64,000 bases of DNA from Sminthopsis crassicaudata (taxonomy: Eukaryota), in NCBI RefSeq assembly GCF_048593235.1, contig NC_133617.1, forward strand, positions 488,230,958-488,294,957, read 5' to 3'. Both the position numbers and the translations under genes were made by a program. Each line of letters begins with the position of its first letter. Position 1 is the first letter of the stretch. The notes beneath the pieces were generated by a model, which was given only the letters and a program-made list of their open reading frames with translations, did no database searches and was not told the DNA's origin. This document shows positions 62,239 to 64,000 of the stretch, piece after piece.

Positions 62239-64000
62239 TTGGATGACATGATGGTATACTTAGAGAACCCCAAAGACTCTGCTAAAAAGCTATTAGAAAT
62301 AATTCAGAATTTTAGCAAAGTCGCAGGATACAAAATAAATCCACATAAATCCTCAGGATTTTTATACATTACCAACACAATCCAACAGCAAGAGATACAA
62401 AGAGAAATTCCATTCAAAATAACAGTCGATAGTATAAAATATTTGGGAATATATCTACCAAAGGAGAGTCAGGAATTATATGAGCAAAACTATAAAACAC
62501 TTGCCACAAAAATAAAGTCAGATTTAAATAATTGGAAAGACATTCAGTGTTCTTGGATAGGCCGAGCGAATATAATAAAGATGACAATACTCCCCAAACT
62601 AATCTATTTATTTAGTGCTATACCAATCAGACTCCCAAGAAACTATTTTAATGACCTAGAAAAAATAACAACAAAATTCATATGGAAGAATAAAAGGTCG
62701 AGAATTGCAAGGGAACTAATGAAAAAAAAGTCAGAGGAAGGTGGTCTAAGTGTATTTGATTTAAAGCTATATTATAAAGCAACAGTCACCAAAACCATTT
62801 GGTATTGGCTAAGAAATAGACTAGTTGATCAGTGGCATAGGTTAGGTTCACAGGGCAAGATAGTGAATAAAAATAGCAATCTAATCTTTGACAAACCCAA
62901 AGATCCCAAATTTTGGGATAAGAATTCATTATTTGACAAAAACTGCTGGGAAAACTGGAAATTAGTATGGCAGAAACTAGGCATGGACCCACATTTAACA
63001 CCACATACTAAGATTAGATCAAAATGGGTCCAAGATTTAGGCATAAAGAACGAAATCATAAATAAATTGGAGGAACATGGGATGGTTTACCTCTCAGACT
63101 TGTGGAGGAGGAAGGAGTTTGTGTCCAAGGGAGAACTAGAGACCATTATTGATCACAAAATAGAACATTTTGATTACACCAAATTAAAAAGTTTCTGCAC
63201 AAACAAAACTAATGCAAACAAGATTAGAAGGGAAGTAACAAATTGGGAAAAAATTTTTACAGTTAAAGGTTCTGATAAAGGCCTCATCTCCAAAATATAC
63301 AGAGAATTGACTTTAATTTATAAGAAATCAAGCCATTCTCCAATTGATAAATGGTCAAAGGATATGAACAGACAATTTTCAGATGATGAAATTAAAACTA
63401 TTTCCACTCATATGAGTGTTCCAAATCACTATTGATCAGAGAAATGCAAATTAAGACAACTCTGAGGTATCACTACACACCTGTCAGATTGGCTAAGATG
63501 AGAGGAACAAACAACGATGAATGTTGGAGGGGCTGTGGGAAAACTGGGACACTGATGCATTGTTGGTGGAGTTGTGAAAGAATCCAACCATTCTGGAGAG
63601 CAATCTGGAATTATGCCCAAAAAGTTATCAAAATGTGCATACCCTTTGACCCAGCCATACTACTACTGGGCTTATACCCCAAGGAACTACTAAAGAAGGG
63701 AAAGGGACCTGTATGTGCCAAAATGTTTGTGGCAGCCCTTTTCATAGTGGCTAGAAGCTGGAAGATGAATGGATGTCCATCAATTGGAGAATGGTTGGGT
63801 AAACTATGGTATATGAATGTTATGGAATATTATTGTTCTATAAGAAATGACCAACAGGAGAAATACAGAGAGGCTTGGAGAGACTTACATCAACTGATGC
63901 TGAGTGAAACGAGCAGAACCAGAAGATCATTATACACTTCAACAATGATACTGTACAAGGATGTATGCTGATGGAAGTGGATTTCTTCAACATAGAGAAG
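62239..64000 (+). mobile_element. Young 5'-truncated L1: ORF2 from the RT DD motif to the C-terminus, one frameshift, runs off the window
   Basis: 398-aa ORF DDMMVYLENPKDS..KYLGI..IIKMTILPKLIYLF, then a 179-aa ORF with the Cys-rich domain; frameshift near 63415. Confidence 0.97.

Noticed and set aside
62239-63971. L1 as an active autonomous element
   Set aside because: Lacks the 5'UTR, ORF1, endonuclease and N-terminal RT, and carries a frameshift.

Overview
64 kb of marsupial genomic DNA. The young WSINE-type SINEs, L1 subfamily and OC1-type MITE suggest a dasyurid; this is an inference. The window is syntenic to human 16p11.2 and mouse 7F3. Genes from left to right: QPRT exon 1 (-, rest of gene off the left edge), SPN/CD43 (-), CD2BP2 (-), an intact 192-aa single-coding-exon PH-domain + F&H-motif gene of the sesquipedalian/PHETA (FAM109/IPIP27) family (+), TBC1D10B (-), MYL11/MYLPF (+) and SEPTIN1 (-). 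I rebuilt the exon structures by hand. All introns are GT-AG and reading phases are consistent. The rest of the window is mostly L1, L2, RTE, SINE, LTR and hAT relics, plus a 161-nt assembly gap. The top finding is the PHETA-like gene, which I do not recognise as a named human gene at this locus. It looks like a third, compact OCRL/INPP5B-adaptor paralogue sitting between a phased ETS bidirectional promoter and the 3' end of the Rab35-GAP gene TBC1D10B. Comparisons with human and mouse sequences are from memory and need database confirmation.
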